Notes under the pieces: model-generated
Told to the model about the DNA's origin: nothing
Databases searched by the model: none
The model's input: only the letters and a program-made list of their open reading frames with translations
Made by a program: the position numbers and the translations under genes
Assembly: GCF_000633355.1 (NCBI RefSeq)
Contig: NZ_AYMQ01000004.1
Span: 12,630-36,629, forward strand
Direction of reading: 5' to 3'
Length of the DNA stretch: 24,000 nucleotides
From: Serratia sp. H1w
Lineage (GTDB): Bacteria > Pseudomonadota > Gammaproteobacteria > Enterobacterales > Enterobacteriaceae
Shown: positions 16,793-24,000 of the stretch, piece by piece
How the letters are laid out: each line of letters opens with the position of its first letter
Numbering within the stretch: position 1 is the first letter of the stretch

Positions 16793-17323
16793 TTGAGCCT
16801 CAATGACATCATTGACTGGGTTGGGGAAGTGGTGCGCCAGCATCAAGCCTGGGCGATACCGATCGTCTTCTTCCTGGCCTTTGGCGAGTCGTTGGCATTT
16901 CTTTCTTTGCTGTTGCCTGCAACGGTTATTCTGCTGGGGCTGGGGGCACTGATTGGCGAGAGCGGCATTGCTTTCTGGCCGATTTGGGCGGCCGCCGCTG
17001 CGGGTGCCTTCTTTGGTGACTGGCTCTCCTATTGGGTTGGTTATCACTATCAGCAGCGTGTAGCCCATATGTGGCCGCTGTCACGTAATCCACAGTTGCT
17101 GGTACGTGGCCATGCGTTTTTTGAGCGCTGGGGCGTGCTGGGCATCTTCTTTGGCCGCTTCTTCGGGCCGTTGCGTGCCGTGGTGCCGCTGGTGGGTGGC
17201 ATTTGTGCCATGCCGCAAGCCTCGTTCCAGATTGCCAACGTGGCCTCGGCGATGGTCTGGGCCTTCGGCATCCTGGCTCCAGGAGCCTTTGGCATCAAAT
17301 GGCTTACCCAGTGGATAGGTTGA
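16793..17323 (+). CDS. DedA/SNARE-associated-like inner-membrane protein
   Basis: 176 aa, TTG start with GGGGAGA SD. FGESLAFLSLLLPATVILLGLGALIG, GDWLSYWVGYHYQQR and FFERWGVLGIFFGRFFGPLRAVVPLVGGICAMPQASFQIANVASAMVWA. Confidence 0.88.
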   Translation: MSLNDIIDWVGEVVRQHQAWAIPIVFFLAFGESLAFLSLLLPATVILLGLGALIGESGIAFWPIWAAAAAGAFFGDWLSYWVGYHYQQRVAHMWPLSRNPQLLVRGHAFFERWGVLGIFFGRFFGPLRAVVPLVGGICAMPQASFQIANVASAMVWAFGILAPGAFGIKWLTQWIG

Positions 17324-17337
17324 ACCCATTCTCAATA

Positions 17338-17361
17338 GTAGGGGCGCTGCATGCTGCGCCC
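17338..17361. repeat. Short intergenic near-palindrome GTAGGGGCGCTGCATGCTGCGCCC
   Basis: Stem GGGCGC/GCGCCC around TGCATGCT. Near-identical to 4793-4817. Confidence 0.65.
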
Positions 17362-17517
17362 TTCTTTATCTGGCCACAACCGGATGCTTTTTAAATTATT
17401 TGGGATAGAGTGAGAAATTGATCACGAATTTATCCTTATCTGGCGATTTTTAATTCCCTTATTTTTTCAGCAGTGTTACTTTCCTAACAAGTGGATTGTT
17501 ACTGTGAATAAACAGGC

Positions 17518-17567
17518 AAAACCCAAACCCGTCGACAAACTAATGTCATGGGTTTGGGTTTTTTTTT
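17518..17567 (+). terminator. Strong intrinsic terminator with no gene immediately upstream
   Basis: AAAACCCAAACCC (17518-17530) pairs perfectly over 13 bp with GGGTTTGGGTTTT (17550-17562). T-run spans 17559-17567. The loop contains a further GACA/TGTC pairing. Confidence 0.85.
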
Positions 17568-17644
17568 GCCTCTAATTTACCGGGCGATCGACAAATGATT
17601 AAAAAATAGTCCTGTAGGCATCATTTTTCACTAAGGAATAGTCA

Positions 17645-18433
17645 ATGAAAATTAAAACCTGGTTGCTGGCCTCTGTCCTTGCCGTTTCCTCTGCTGCGGC
17701 CTTCAGCGTATCTGCGGCGGAAAGCGACAGCGTGGATATTTATTTTGCCCGCCACGGTAAAACACTGCTCAATACCTACGATCGGGTGCAGGGCTGGGCT
17801 GACTCACCGCTGACACCGGTCGGGATCGAAACCGCGCGCTATCTGGGTGCCGGGCTGAAGGGGATCCCTTTCGACAGTTTCTACACCAGTGATGCCGGCC
17901 GCCAGCGTGAAACCATGCAGGTGATCCTCAAGGAAATGGGCAAGTCGGATGCCAAGGTCACGGAACTGACCGATCTGCGCGAAATGTTCTTCGGCGGTTT
18001 TGAAGGGCGTGCTAACGCCGAAATGGCCGGCGCGGCTGCCAAGAAAATGGGCCTGGCCTCTGGCGCCGAAATGTTCAAGCAGATGGGCGAAGGCAAGATC
18101 AGCCTGATCCCGATGGTGGATGCCATCACGCAAAGCGATGACAAAAAAGAGGCGGAAAGCGCGCTACAGGTGAAAACCCGTATGCAGCGTGCACTGAATA
18201 CCATGGTGCAGAATGCCTTGAAGAACGGTGATAAAAACATCCTGGCGGTCTCTTCTGGGCTATCGATGCAGATGATGATTTCCGATATGACCGATAACCC
18301 GAACAAAAATAAGCCACTGACTAACGCGGCGGTGGTCAAGATGACTTATAAAGATGGAAAATATACCGTAACCGATATTGGCGATATGACTTATGTCGAA
18401 AAAGGGAAAACGTTATTAAATAAAGCACCTTGA
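17645..18433 (+). CDS. Secreted/periplasmic histidine phosphatase family protein (phosphoglycerate mutase-like)
   Basis: 262 aa. Signal peptide MKIKTWLLASVLAVSSAAAFSVSAAE; catalytic motif YFARHGKTLLNTYDRVQGWADSPLTPVGIETARYLG; FYTSDAGRQRETM. Confidence 0.88.
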   Translation: MKIKTWLLASVLAVSSAAAFSVSAAESDSVDIYFARHGKTLLNTYDRVQGWADSPLTPVGIETARYLGAGLKGIPFDSFYTSDAGRQRETMQVILKEMGKSDAKVTELTDLREMFFGGFEGRANAEMAGAAAKKMGLASGAEMFKQMGEGKISLIPMVDAITQSDDKKEAESALQVKTRMQRALNTMVQNALKNGDKNILAVSSGLSMQMMISDMTDNPNKNKPLTNAAVVKMTYKDGKYTVTDIGDMTYVEKGKTLLNKAP

Positions 18434-18479
18434 TTATTACCCAATAAAAAATAACTAACCCCTCTGCTGGGGGATATTA

Positions 18480-18506
18480 GCCGAGGCAATAATAAATTGC
18501 CTCGGC
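18480..18506. terminator. Hairpin downstream of the histidine phosphatase gene
   Basis: GCCGAGGCAAT-AATAA-ATTGCCTCGGC: perfect 11-bp stem, 5-nt loop, weak T content after it. Confidence 0.6.
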
Positions 18507-18516
18507 AGGGATTCTC

Positions 18517-18646
18517 TATACCCGTCGTCTTTCAAGCTGCAGCGTTGTTACCTGCACTTACTCACCCCAGTCACTTACTAAAAGTAAGCTCCTGGGGATG
18601 AGTAAGTTTGTCGCCTAGCTGCAACTTGAAATCCATAGGGTAAATA
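18517..18646. repeat. ERIC (enterobacterial repetitive intergenic consensus) element
   Basis: TATACCCGTCGTCTTTCAAGCTGCAG...ACTCACCCCAGTCACTTACTAAAAGTAAGCTCCTGGGGATGAGT...CTGCAACTTGAAATCCATAGGGTA. The core matches the classical ERIC2 (reverse complement) and ERIC1R primer sequences, and the ends are inverted. Confidence 0.9.
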
Positions 18647-18667
18647 CCTTTTTCGGGGATGAAAATA

Positions 18668-19981
18668 ATGAAACCTTCTGTATTAAGCTGCTTAGTCGCT
18701 ATTTCGCTATTATCCACCACGGCCCAGGCCAGCGTTGATGATGTGCTGGATTCGTCCTTTTTCAGCGACAGTCATGCTGAACTGTCGCTGAAAAACTACT
18801 GGAAGTATCTCAAGGAAGATGCCGCCAACCCTAAGGAAGTGCATAACGCCTGGGGGCAAGGGCTGGCACTGGGCTATCAGTCTGGCTATTTTGCTGACTT
18901 TATCGGCGTGAATCTCGATTACTACAGCGCGGTGAAACTGGGTGCCAGTGATTACTTCAATACCCGTGGGGTGTTGTATAACAATGGCCCAGGCAACAGC
19001 AAAGAGAATGCCGCCGGCTACAGCAAGGTGGGCCAACGCTATATCAAGCTGAAAGGCGATGTGGGTGGTGCAGCACTGAATGCCCAGGCTGGTTGGCAGG
19101 TGTTACGTAACTACGGCGTGATTTCCACCTCCACTCGACTATCCCCTACGACTTACCTGGGATGGTCCGGTGGAGTATCCGGTGCCGGGCTGTCTTTACG
19201 CGGCGCGTATGTTGAACGTTCTATGGATCGTAACTCACCCGACAGCCTGCGTTTACAGACCAGCGATGGCCGCTATATCAACCATCTCGCCAGCGCTGAG
19301 TTGGGCTATGAGAATAAAGCATTTAACGGCCAATTAGCCTACGGGGAATCACAGGATTATCTGCGTCGTCAGATCTTGCGTGTGAACTACAAAGCCGATG
19401 AGAAACTCACCCTGGGCAGCCAGATTTATACCACTCAGGCGCTGGACGACTATAAACAGATGGCACTGAGCAAGCGCAACTTCGATCATAATGCCAACCA
19501 CTATGCGCTGGATGCCAAATGGCAGGAACCACTATGGAGTGTCAAGGTCGGGATTGCCCACACGCGGGCACCGAAGGGGGATGGTCAGCTTGGCTTCTAC
19601 CCGCGCCATATGTCCAAAAACTCACGCGGTACCTTTACCTCGATGGCCTATGCCGGTGAAGACTATATGCGTGATGGTGAAACCATGCTGGCAACCATGG
19701 CCGAATACCGCATCACGCCGGAATTTACTGCCGGACTGGCGGGCAACGTGGGCCAGTTCAGCTATCAGGGCGCAGCGGTGCGTACCGGTGAAATCAACGT
19801 CTTTGGCCGTTGGGCACCCTCCCATCCCAAGCTGAAAAATCTGACGGTGTTCGCCATGGCCGGACCGGGCTGGTCCTATAAGAACAGCAATAAAACGCCA
19901 ATACTGGTGGATGGCCATTCCCAGATCTCCCATTCGCTGTCCGGTGAGTTTATCGCTGAATACCGCTTCAAACTGTTTTAA
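18668..19981 (+). CDS. OprD-family outer membrane porin
   Basis: ORF 18659..19981. ATG at 18668 has better spacing from GGGG(AT). Signal peptide MKPSVLSCLVAISLLSTTAQA; SLKNYWKYLKED..WGQGLALGYQSGYFADFIGVNLDYYSAVKLGASDYFNTRGVLYN; C-terminal phenylalanine after a beta-barrel-like strand (AEYRFKLF). Confidence 0.85.
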   Translation: MKPSVLSCLVAISLLSTTAQASVDDVLDSSFFSDSHAELSLKNYWKYLKEDAANPKEVHNAWGQGLALGYQSGYFADFIGVNLDYYSAVKLGASDYFNTRGVLYNNGPGNSKENAAGYSKVGQRYIKLKGDVGGAALNAQAGWQVLRNYGVISTSTRLSPTTYLGWSGGVSGAGLSLRGAYVERSMDRNSPDSLRLQTSDGRYINHLASAELGYENKAFNGQLAYGESQDYLRRQILRVNYKADEKLTLGSQIYTTQALDDYKQMALSKRNFDHNANHYALDAKWQEPLWSVKVGIAHTRAPKGDGQLGFYPRHMSKNSRGTFTSMAYAGEDYMRDGETMLATMAEYRITPEFTAGLAGNVGQFSYQGAAVRTGEINVFGRWAPSHPKLKNLTVFAMAGPGWSYKNSNKTPILVDGHSQISHSLSGEFIAEYRFKLF

Positions 19982-19992
19982 CCTGTCTTATC

Positions 19993-20020
19993 AGCGCGGT
20001 ACTGTTGAAGATACCGCGCT
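19993..20020. terminator. Hairpin downstream of the porin
   Basis: AGCGCGGTA (19993-20001) and TACCGCGCT (20012-20020), perfect 9-bp stem with 10-nt loop. No strong T-tract. Confidence 0.5.
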
Positions 20021-20123
20021 CACTTCATCATAAAAACAGACTGGACATCCATACAGGCTCCCTTTAACGTGGCAGGCAACAGGCGCAAAACGCGCCGGAA
20101 CCGCATGTTTGACAGGAGGCAGG

Positions 20124-21671
20124 GTGGATACCAGTTTGGTTTACGGTATTGGTGGCGTGGCGATAGGCTTACTGCTGGGGTGGCTGATCGCCAGCCTGCG
20201 CGCGCAACAGCACGCTGCGCAGCATGAAACCGACATGCGCCTGCTGGAGCAGTCTTTGCAGCAGGCCCAGCTTGAAACCACTTCCCGCCAAGAGACGCTG
20301 CAACGCCACGAACAACTGCTGCGGCAAAACGATCTGGAACTGCGCACCCTGCACAGCCAACTGGCCGCCGGGCAGGAGAGGCTGCAACAGCTCAACCACT
20401 GGCGCAATGAATGCGAACTGCTGAACCAGGAGCTACGGGCACAGCGCGAAGTCAACAGCGCTCAGGAAGCCGAGCTGCGTGAGGTGACCATCCGCCTGGA
20501 GGAAACCCGCATGGCCGCAGAAGAGAAGCAGCGGCTGCTGATCAGCAGTGAACAACGCTTGACCACCCAGTTCGAGAATCTGGCCAACCGCATTTTTGAA
20601 AGCAGCGGCCGCAAGGTGGAAGAACAAAATAAACAGAGCCTTGATAGCCTGCTGCTGCCGCTACGCGAGCAGTTGGACGGTTTCCGCCGCCAGGTGCAGG
20701 ACAGTTTTGGCCAGGAAGCACGCGAACGCCATACGTTGACACATGAAATCCGTAATCTACAGCAGTTGAATGCCCAAATGGCTCGCGAGGCGATCAACCT
20801 CACCAAGGCACTGAAAGGCGATAATAAAACCCAGGGTAACTGGGGTGAAGTAGTGCTGAGCCGCGTGCTGGAAGCCTCTGGCCTGCGCGAAGGGCATGAG
20901 TATGAGACACAGGTTAATGTGCGATTGGATAGCCAAAGCCGTATGCAGCCAGATGTGATCGTGCGTTTGCCGCAGGGTAAAGACGTAGTTATCGACGCCA
21001 AGATGTCGCTGGTGGCCTATGAGCGTTACTTCAACAGCGAAGATGATTTCGAGCGCGAAGCGGCCTTGACCGAGCATATCACTTCACTGCGTGGGCATAT
21101 TCGTGTGCTGGGCCGGAAAGATTATCAACAGTTGCCCGGCCTGCGTTCGCTGGATTATGTGCTGATGTTTATCCCGGTGGAGCCGGCCTTCCTGCTGGCC
21201 ATCGATCGTGAGCCAGAGCTGATTAGCGAGGCGTTGCAACATAACATCATGCTGGTCAGTCCAACGACCCTGCTGGTGGCGTTACGCACTATTACCAACC
21301 TGTGGCGTTATGAGCACCAGAGCCAAAACGCCCAGCGTATTGCCGATCGCGCCGCCCGGCTGTATGACAAGATGCGGCTGTTCGTTGACGATATGTCGGC
21401 CCTGGGGCAAAGCCTGGATAGGGCGCAGGGCAGCTATCACCAGGCGATGAATAAACTGAGTGAAGGCCGTGGTAATCTTATCGGCCGGGTCGAAGGCTTC
21501 CGCGCGCTCGGGGTTGAAATTAAACGCCCCATCAACCCGCTTTTGGCGCAGCAGGCCGCGGAACAGCAGGACGATGAACTGCTCGGCGAAGCCGACGAGG
21601 AGATAGCCTCGTTACCTGGGGAAGACGACGACGATAGCTCCGAACAATCGCATCGCGCATCGCACGGATGA
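20124..21671 (+). CDS. rmuC: DNA recombination protein RmuC
   Basis: ORF 20109..21671. GTG at 20124 follows AGGAGGC SD, giving (M)DTSLVYGIGGVAIGLLLGWLIA. Coiled coil, then TQGNWGEVVLSRVLEASGLREGHEYETQ, PDVIVRLPQGKDVVIDAKMSLVAYERY and GYHQAMNKLSEGRGNLIGR-type RmuC segments. Confidence 0.93.
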   Translation: MDTSLVYGIGGVAIGLLLGWLIASLRAQQHAAQHETDMRLLEQSLQQAQLETTSRQETLQRHEQLLRQNDLELRTLHSQLAAGQERLQQLNHWRNECELLNQELRAQREVNSAQEAELREVTIRLEETRMAAEEKQRLLISSEQRLTTQFENLANRIFESSGRKVEEQNKQSLDSLLLPLREQLDGFRRQVQDSFGQEARERHTLTHEIRNLQQLNAQMAREAINLTKALKGDNKTQGNWGEVVLSRVLEASGLREGHEYETQVNVRLDSQSRMQPDVIVRLPQGKDVVIDAKMSLVAYERYFNSEDDFEREAALTEHITSLRGHIRVLGRKDYQQLPGLRSLDYVLMFIPVEPAFLLAIDREPELISEALQHNIMLVSPTTLLVALRTITNLWRYEHQSQNAQRIADRAARLYDKMRLFVDDMSALGQSLDRAQGSYHQAMNKLSEGRGNLIGRVEGFRALGVEIKRPINPLLAQQAAEQQDDELLGEADEEIASLPGEDDDDSSEQSHRASHG

Positions 21672-21749
21672 TGCCGCTGCAAGGTGGGGTATTACGCCGC
21701 TTTCTGGTACACTCCACGACACTAAATTGACTGAATGGCAGGCAGGACA

Positions 21750-22505
21750 ATGGCAGATCAAGCGCAGGAAACCACCGATTTTGGCTTTCGTACCGTAGCA
21801 AGAGACGAGAAGCAGGCCATGGTGGCTAACGTTTTTCACTCGGTAGCGGCAAAGTATGACGTGATGAACGACCTGATGTCGTTTGGCATCCATCGTATCT
21901 GGAAGCGTTTTACCATCGATTGCAGTGGCGTACGCCGCGGCCAACGCGTGTTGGATCTGGCCGGTGGTACAGGCGATCTGGCTGCTAAGTTCTCCCGTAT
22001 GGTGGGTGAGCAGGGGCAAGTCGTGCTGGCGGATATCAACGATTCCATGCTCAATATGGGGCGCGAAAAACTGCGCGACCACGGCATCGTTGGCAATATC
22101 AGCTACGTGCAGGCCAACGCCGAAGCGCTGCCGTTCCCGGATAACTATTTCGATTGCATCACCATTTCCTTTGGCCTGCGTAACGTCACCGACAAAGACA
22201 AAGCGCTGCGCTCGATGTTCCGCGTGTTGAAGCCGGGTGGCCGCCTGCTGGTGCTGGAGTTCTCCAAGCCGCTGCTGGAGCCGCTGAGCAAGGCCTATGA
22301 CGCCTATTCATTCCACGTGCTGCCAAAAATTGGCGAGTTGGTGGTGAAAGATCCAGACAGTTACCGCTATTTGGCCGAATCGATCCGTATGCACCCCGAT
22401 CAGGAAACTCTGAAGGGGATGATGGGCAATGCCGGCTTCGAGAACGTCAACTACTTCAACCTGACCGGCGGCATCGTTGCGCTGCACCGGGGTTTCAAGT
22501 TCTGA
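21750..22505 (+). CDS. ubiE: Ubiquinone/menaquinone biosynthesis C-methyltransferase
   Basis: 251 aa from [54 protein letters not shown]; SAM motif [17 protein letters not shown] opens at 21735, but the ATG at 21750 gives the expected UbiE length. Confidence 0.96.
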   Translation: MADQAQETTDFGFRTVARDEKQAMVANVFHSVAAKYDVMNDLMSFGIHRIWKRFTIDCSGVRRGQRVLDLAGGTGDLAAKFSRMVGEQGQVVLADINDSMLNMGREKLRDHGIVGNISYVQANAEALPFPDNYFDCITISFGLRNVTDKDKALRSMFRVLKPGGRLLVLEFSKPLLEPLSKAYDAYSFHVLPKIGELVVKDPDSYRYLAESIRMHPDQETLKGMMGNAGFENVNYFNLTGGIVALHRGFKF

Positions 22506-22506
22506 T

Positions 22507-23127
22507 ATGGAAATGCCGATGCTGTTAACCCCGTTACTGACCGGCGTGCTGGAAACCTCACTCAATAGCCTGCTGTTTCGCGATCGCAGCATGAAAGCGG
22601 CCCGCCAACGGTTGGTGGGCAAAGTGCTGCGTATCGAGTTACAGGAGCTCTCTTCGCCGCTGGTGCTATTGTTTAGCGAACAGCGTGTGGACGTACTCGG
22701 CCAGTCTGAAGATAGCGCCGACTGTACGGTACAAACCCGGGTGCCGGTGCTGCTGAAATTGCGCGATCGTCAGCAGCTTTCCCCGCTGATGCGTAGCGGC
22801 GAGCTGATTGTCGAAGGCGATATTCAGGTGGTGCAACAGCTGGTCGGTTTGCTCGATCTGGCGGAGTGGGATCCAGCGGAATGGTTGGCGCCTTATGTGG
22901 GTGATATTGCCGCGCAAGGGATGAGCCAGATCGTAGGCAAAGGCCTTGGTCTGCTGAAATCCGGCTTGCAGAGCCAGCAACGCTATGTGGCGGAAACGCT
23001 GACCGAAGAGTGGCGCATGGCTCCCGGCCCGTTGGAAGTGGTGTGGTTTAACGAAGAGGTTGATGCCACCGTTCGCAGTGTGGACGCACTGATTGCCCGT
23101 ATGGACCAGTTGGAGGGTAAACGATGA
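22507..23127 (+). CDS. ubiJ: Ubiquinone biosynthesis accessory factor UbiJ (SCP2 domain)
   Basis: ORF 22477..23127. Likely start at 22507 or 22513 ([24 protein letters not shown]). [42 protein letters not shown]. Lies in the ubiE-ubiJ-ubiB operon order. Confidence 0.9.
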   Translation: MEMPMLLTPLLTGVLETSLNSLLFRDRSMKAARQRLVGKVLRIELQELSSPLVLLFSEQRVDVLGQSEDSADCTVQTRVPVLLKLRDRQQLSPLMRSGELIVEGDIQVVQQLVGLLDLAEWDPAEWLAPYVGDIAAQGMSQIVGKGLGLLKSGLQSQQRYVAETLTEEWRMAPGPLEVVWFNEEVDATVRSVDALIARMDQLEGKR

Positions 23128-24000
23128 CCCCTGGCGAAATTTGCCGCCTGTATTTGATCGTGCGCGTTTTCCTTAGCTATGGTCTGGATGAACTGATCCC
23201 CAAGATGCGCTTGACCCTACCGTTGCGCATTGGCCGCCGCTTGCTGTTCTGGATGCCGAACCGTCATAAAGATTTACCGTTGGGCGAACGTCTGCGTCTG
23301 GCGCTGCAAGAGCTGGGCCCGGTGTGGATCAAGTTCGGCCAGATGATGTCGACCCGCCGCGATCTGTTCCCGCCGCATATTGCTGACCAACTGACCCTGT
23401 TGCAGGATCGGGTTGCACCGTTCGATGGTGCACTGGCGCGTAAGCATATCGAATTGGCGATGGGCGGCCCGCTGGAAACCTGGTTCGATGACTTTGACCA
23501 GCAGGCGTTGGCGTCGGCTTCGATTGCCCAGGTGCATACCGCCCGGCTGAAAACGACCGGCCAAGAGGTGGTACTGAAAGTGATCCGCCCGGATATTGGG
23601 CCGATTATCAAAGCCGATGTGCGCCTGATGTATCGCCTGGCAGGCTGGGTGCCTAAGCTGATGCCGGACGGTCGCCGTCTGCGTCCGCGCGAAGTGGTGC
23701 GTGAATATGAGAAAACCCTGCTCGATGAGTTGAACCTGCTGCGCGAAGCGGCCAACGCCATCCAGCTGCGCCGTAACTTTGACGGCAGCCCGATGCTTTA
23801 CGTGCCAGAGGTTTATTCCGATTACTGCCGTGAAAGCGTGTTGGTGATGGAACGGATTTACGGCATCCCAGTGTCGGATATTGCGGCTCTGGAACAGCAG
23901 AATACCAATATGAAGCTGCTGGCAGAGCGTGGCGTCCAGGTGTTCTTTACCCAGGTCTTCCGCGACAGCTTCTTCCATGCCGACATGCACCCAGGCAATA
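23124..24000 (+). CDS. ubiB: Probable protein kinase UbiB, partial (runs off the right edge)
   Basis: ATG at 23124 overlaps the ubiJ stop (ATGA). [100 protein letters not shown] (open at 24000). Confidence 0.95.
   Translation, partial: MTPGEICRLYLIVRVFLSYGLDELIPKMRLTLPLRIGRRLLFWMPNRHKDLPLGERLRLALQELGPVWIKFGQMMSTRRDLFPPHIADQLTLLQDRVAPFDGALARKHIELAMGGPLETWFDDFDQQALASASIAQVHTARLKTTGQEVVLKVIRPDIGPIIKADVRLMYRLAGWVPKLMPDGRRLRPREVVREYEKTLLDELNLLREAANAIQLRRNFDGSPMLYVPEVYSDYCRESVLVMERIYGIPVSDIAALEQQNTNMKLLAERGVQVFFTQVFRDSFFHADMHPGN

Noticed and set aside
17408-17425. GTGAGAAATTGATCAC upstream of the orphan terminator as a CRP site
   Set aside because: Half-sites are separated by 8 bp instead of 6, so it does not fit the CRP consensus.
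17503-17577. Possible leader peptide ending ..MSWVWVFFCL* across the orphan terminator
   Set aside because: The Trp/Val/Phe codons are simply the terminator stem and T-tract read in frame. No SD and no downstream amino-acid biosynthesis gene, so it is not a credible attenuator peptide.
1-24000. CRISPR arrays, retrons, toxin-antitoxin pairs, integrases/transposases, tRNA/rRNA genes
   Set aside because: I saw no regularly spaced direct repeats, reverse transcriptase, nuclease, antitoxin or recombinase motifs and no recognisable tRNA/rRNA. Only short intergenic repeats and an ERIC element were found.

Overview
This window looks like ordinary chromosome from a Serratia/Yersiniaceae-type enterobacterium (taxonomy inferred from gene content). 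From left to right it contains: (1) a sialic-acid catabolism block, with nanK (5' part, minus strand, missing from the ORF track) divergent from nanE-nanA; (2) a B3/B4-domain gene and an AraC-family regulator on the minus strand; (3) a complete Frw-type PTS / glycyl-radical-enzyme cluster: yijO-like AraC regulator, frwD, pflC, pflD, frwB, frwC, divergent from ptsA (HPr-EI-EIIA fusion) and fsaB; (4) ysgA-udp; (5) an accessory block with a tyrosine phosphatase-like protein, a DedA-family protein, a periplasmic histidine phosphatase and an OprD-family porin; (6) rmuC-ubiE-ubiJ-ubiB(partial). I found no CRISPR array, transposase, toxin-antitoxin, phage or recognisable defence genes, and nothing I would claim as a wholly new system. 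The best leads are: the compact PTS-GRE-FsaB module, which has no adjacent gldA; hairpins at three of its gene junctions, two with predicted UNCG tetraloops; two CRP-like sites in the frwC/ptsA divergent region; an inverted pair of CCCTCACCCTAACCCTCTCCC elements between convergent fsaB and ysgA; a dispersed GTAGGGG..CATG..CCC palindrome family; an ERIC element almost touching the porin start codon; and an orphan 13-bp-stem intrinsic terminator that could end an unannotated small RNA or attenuated leader.
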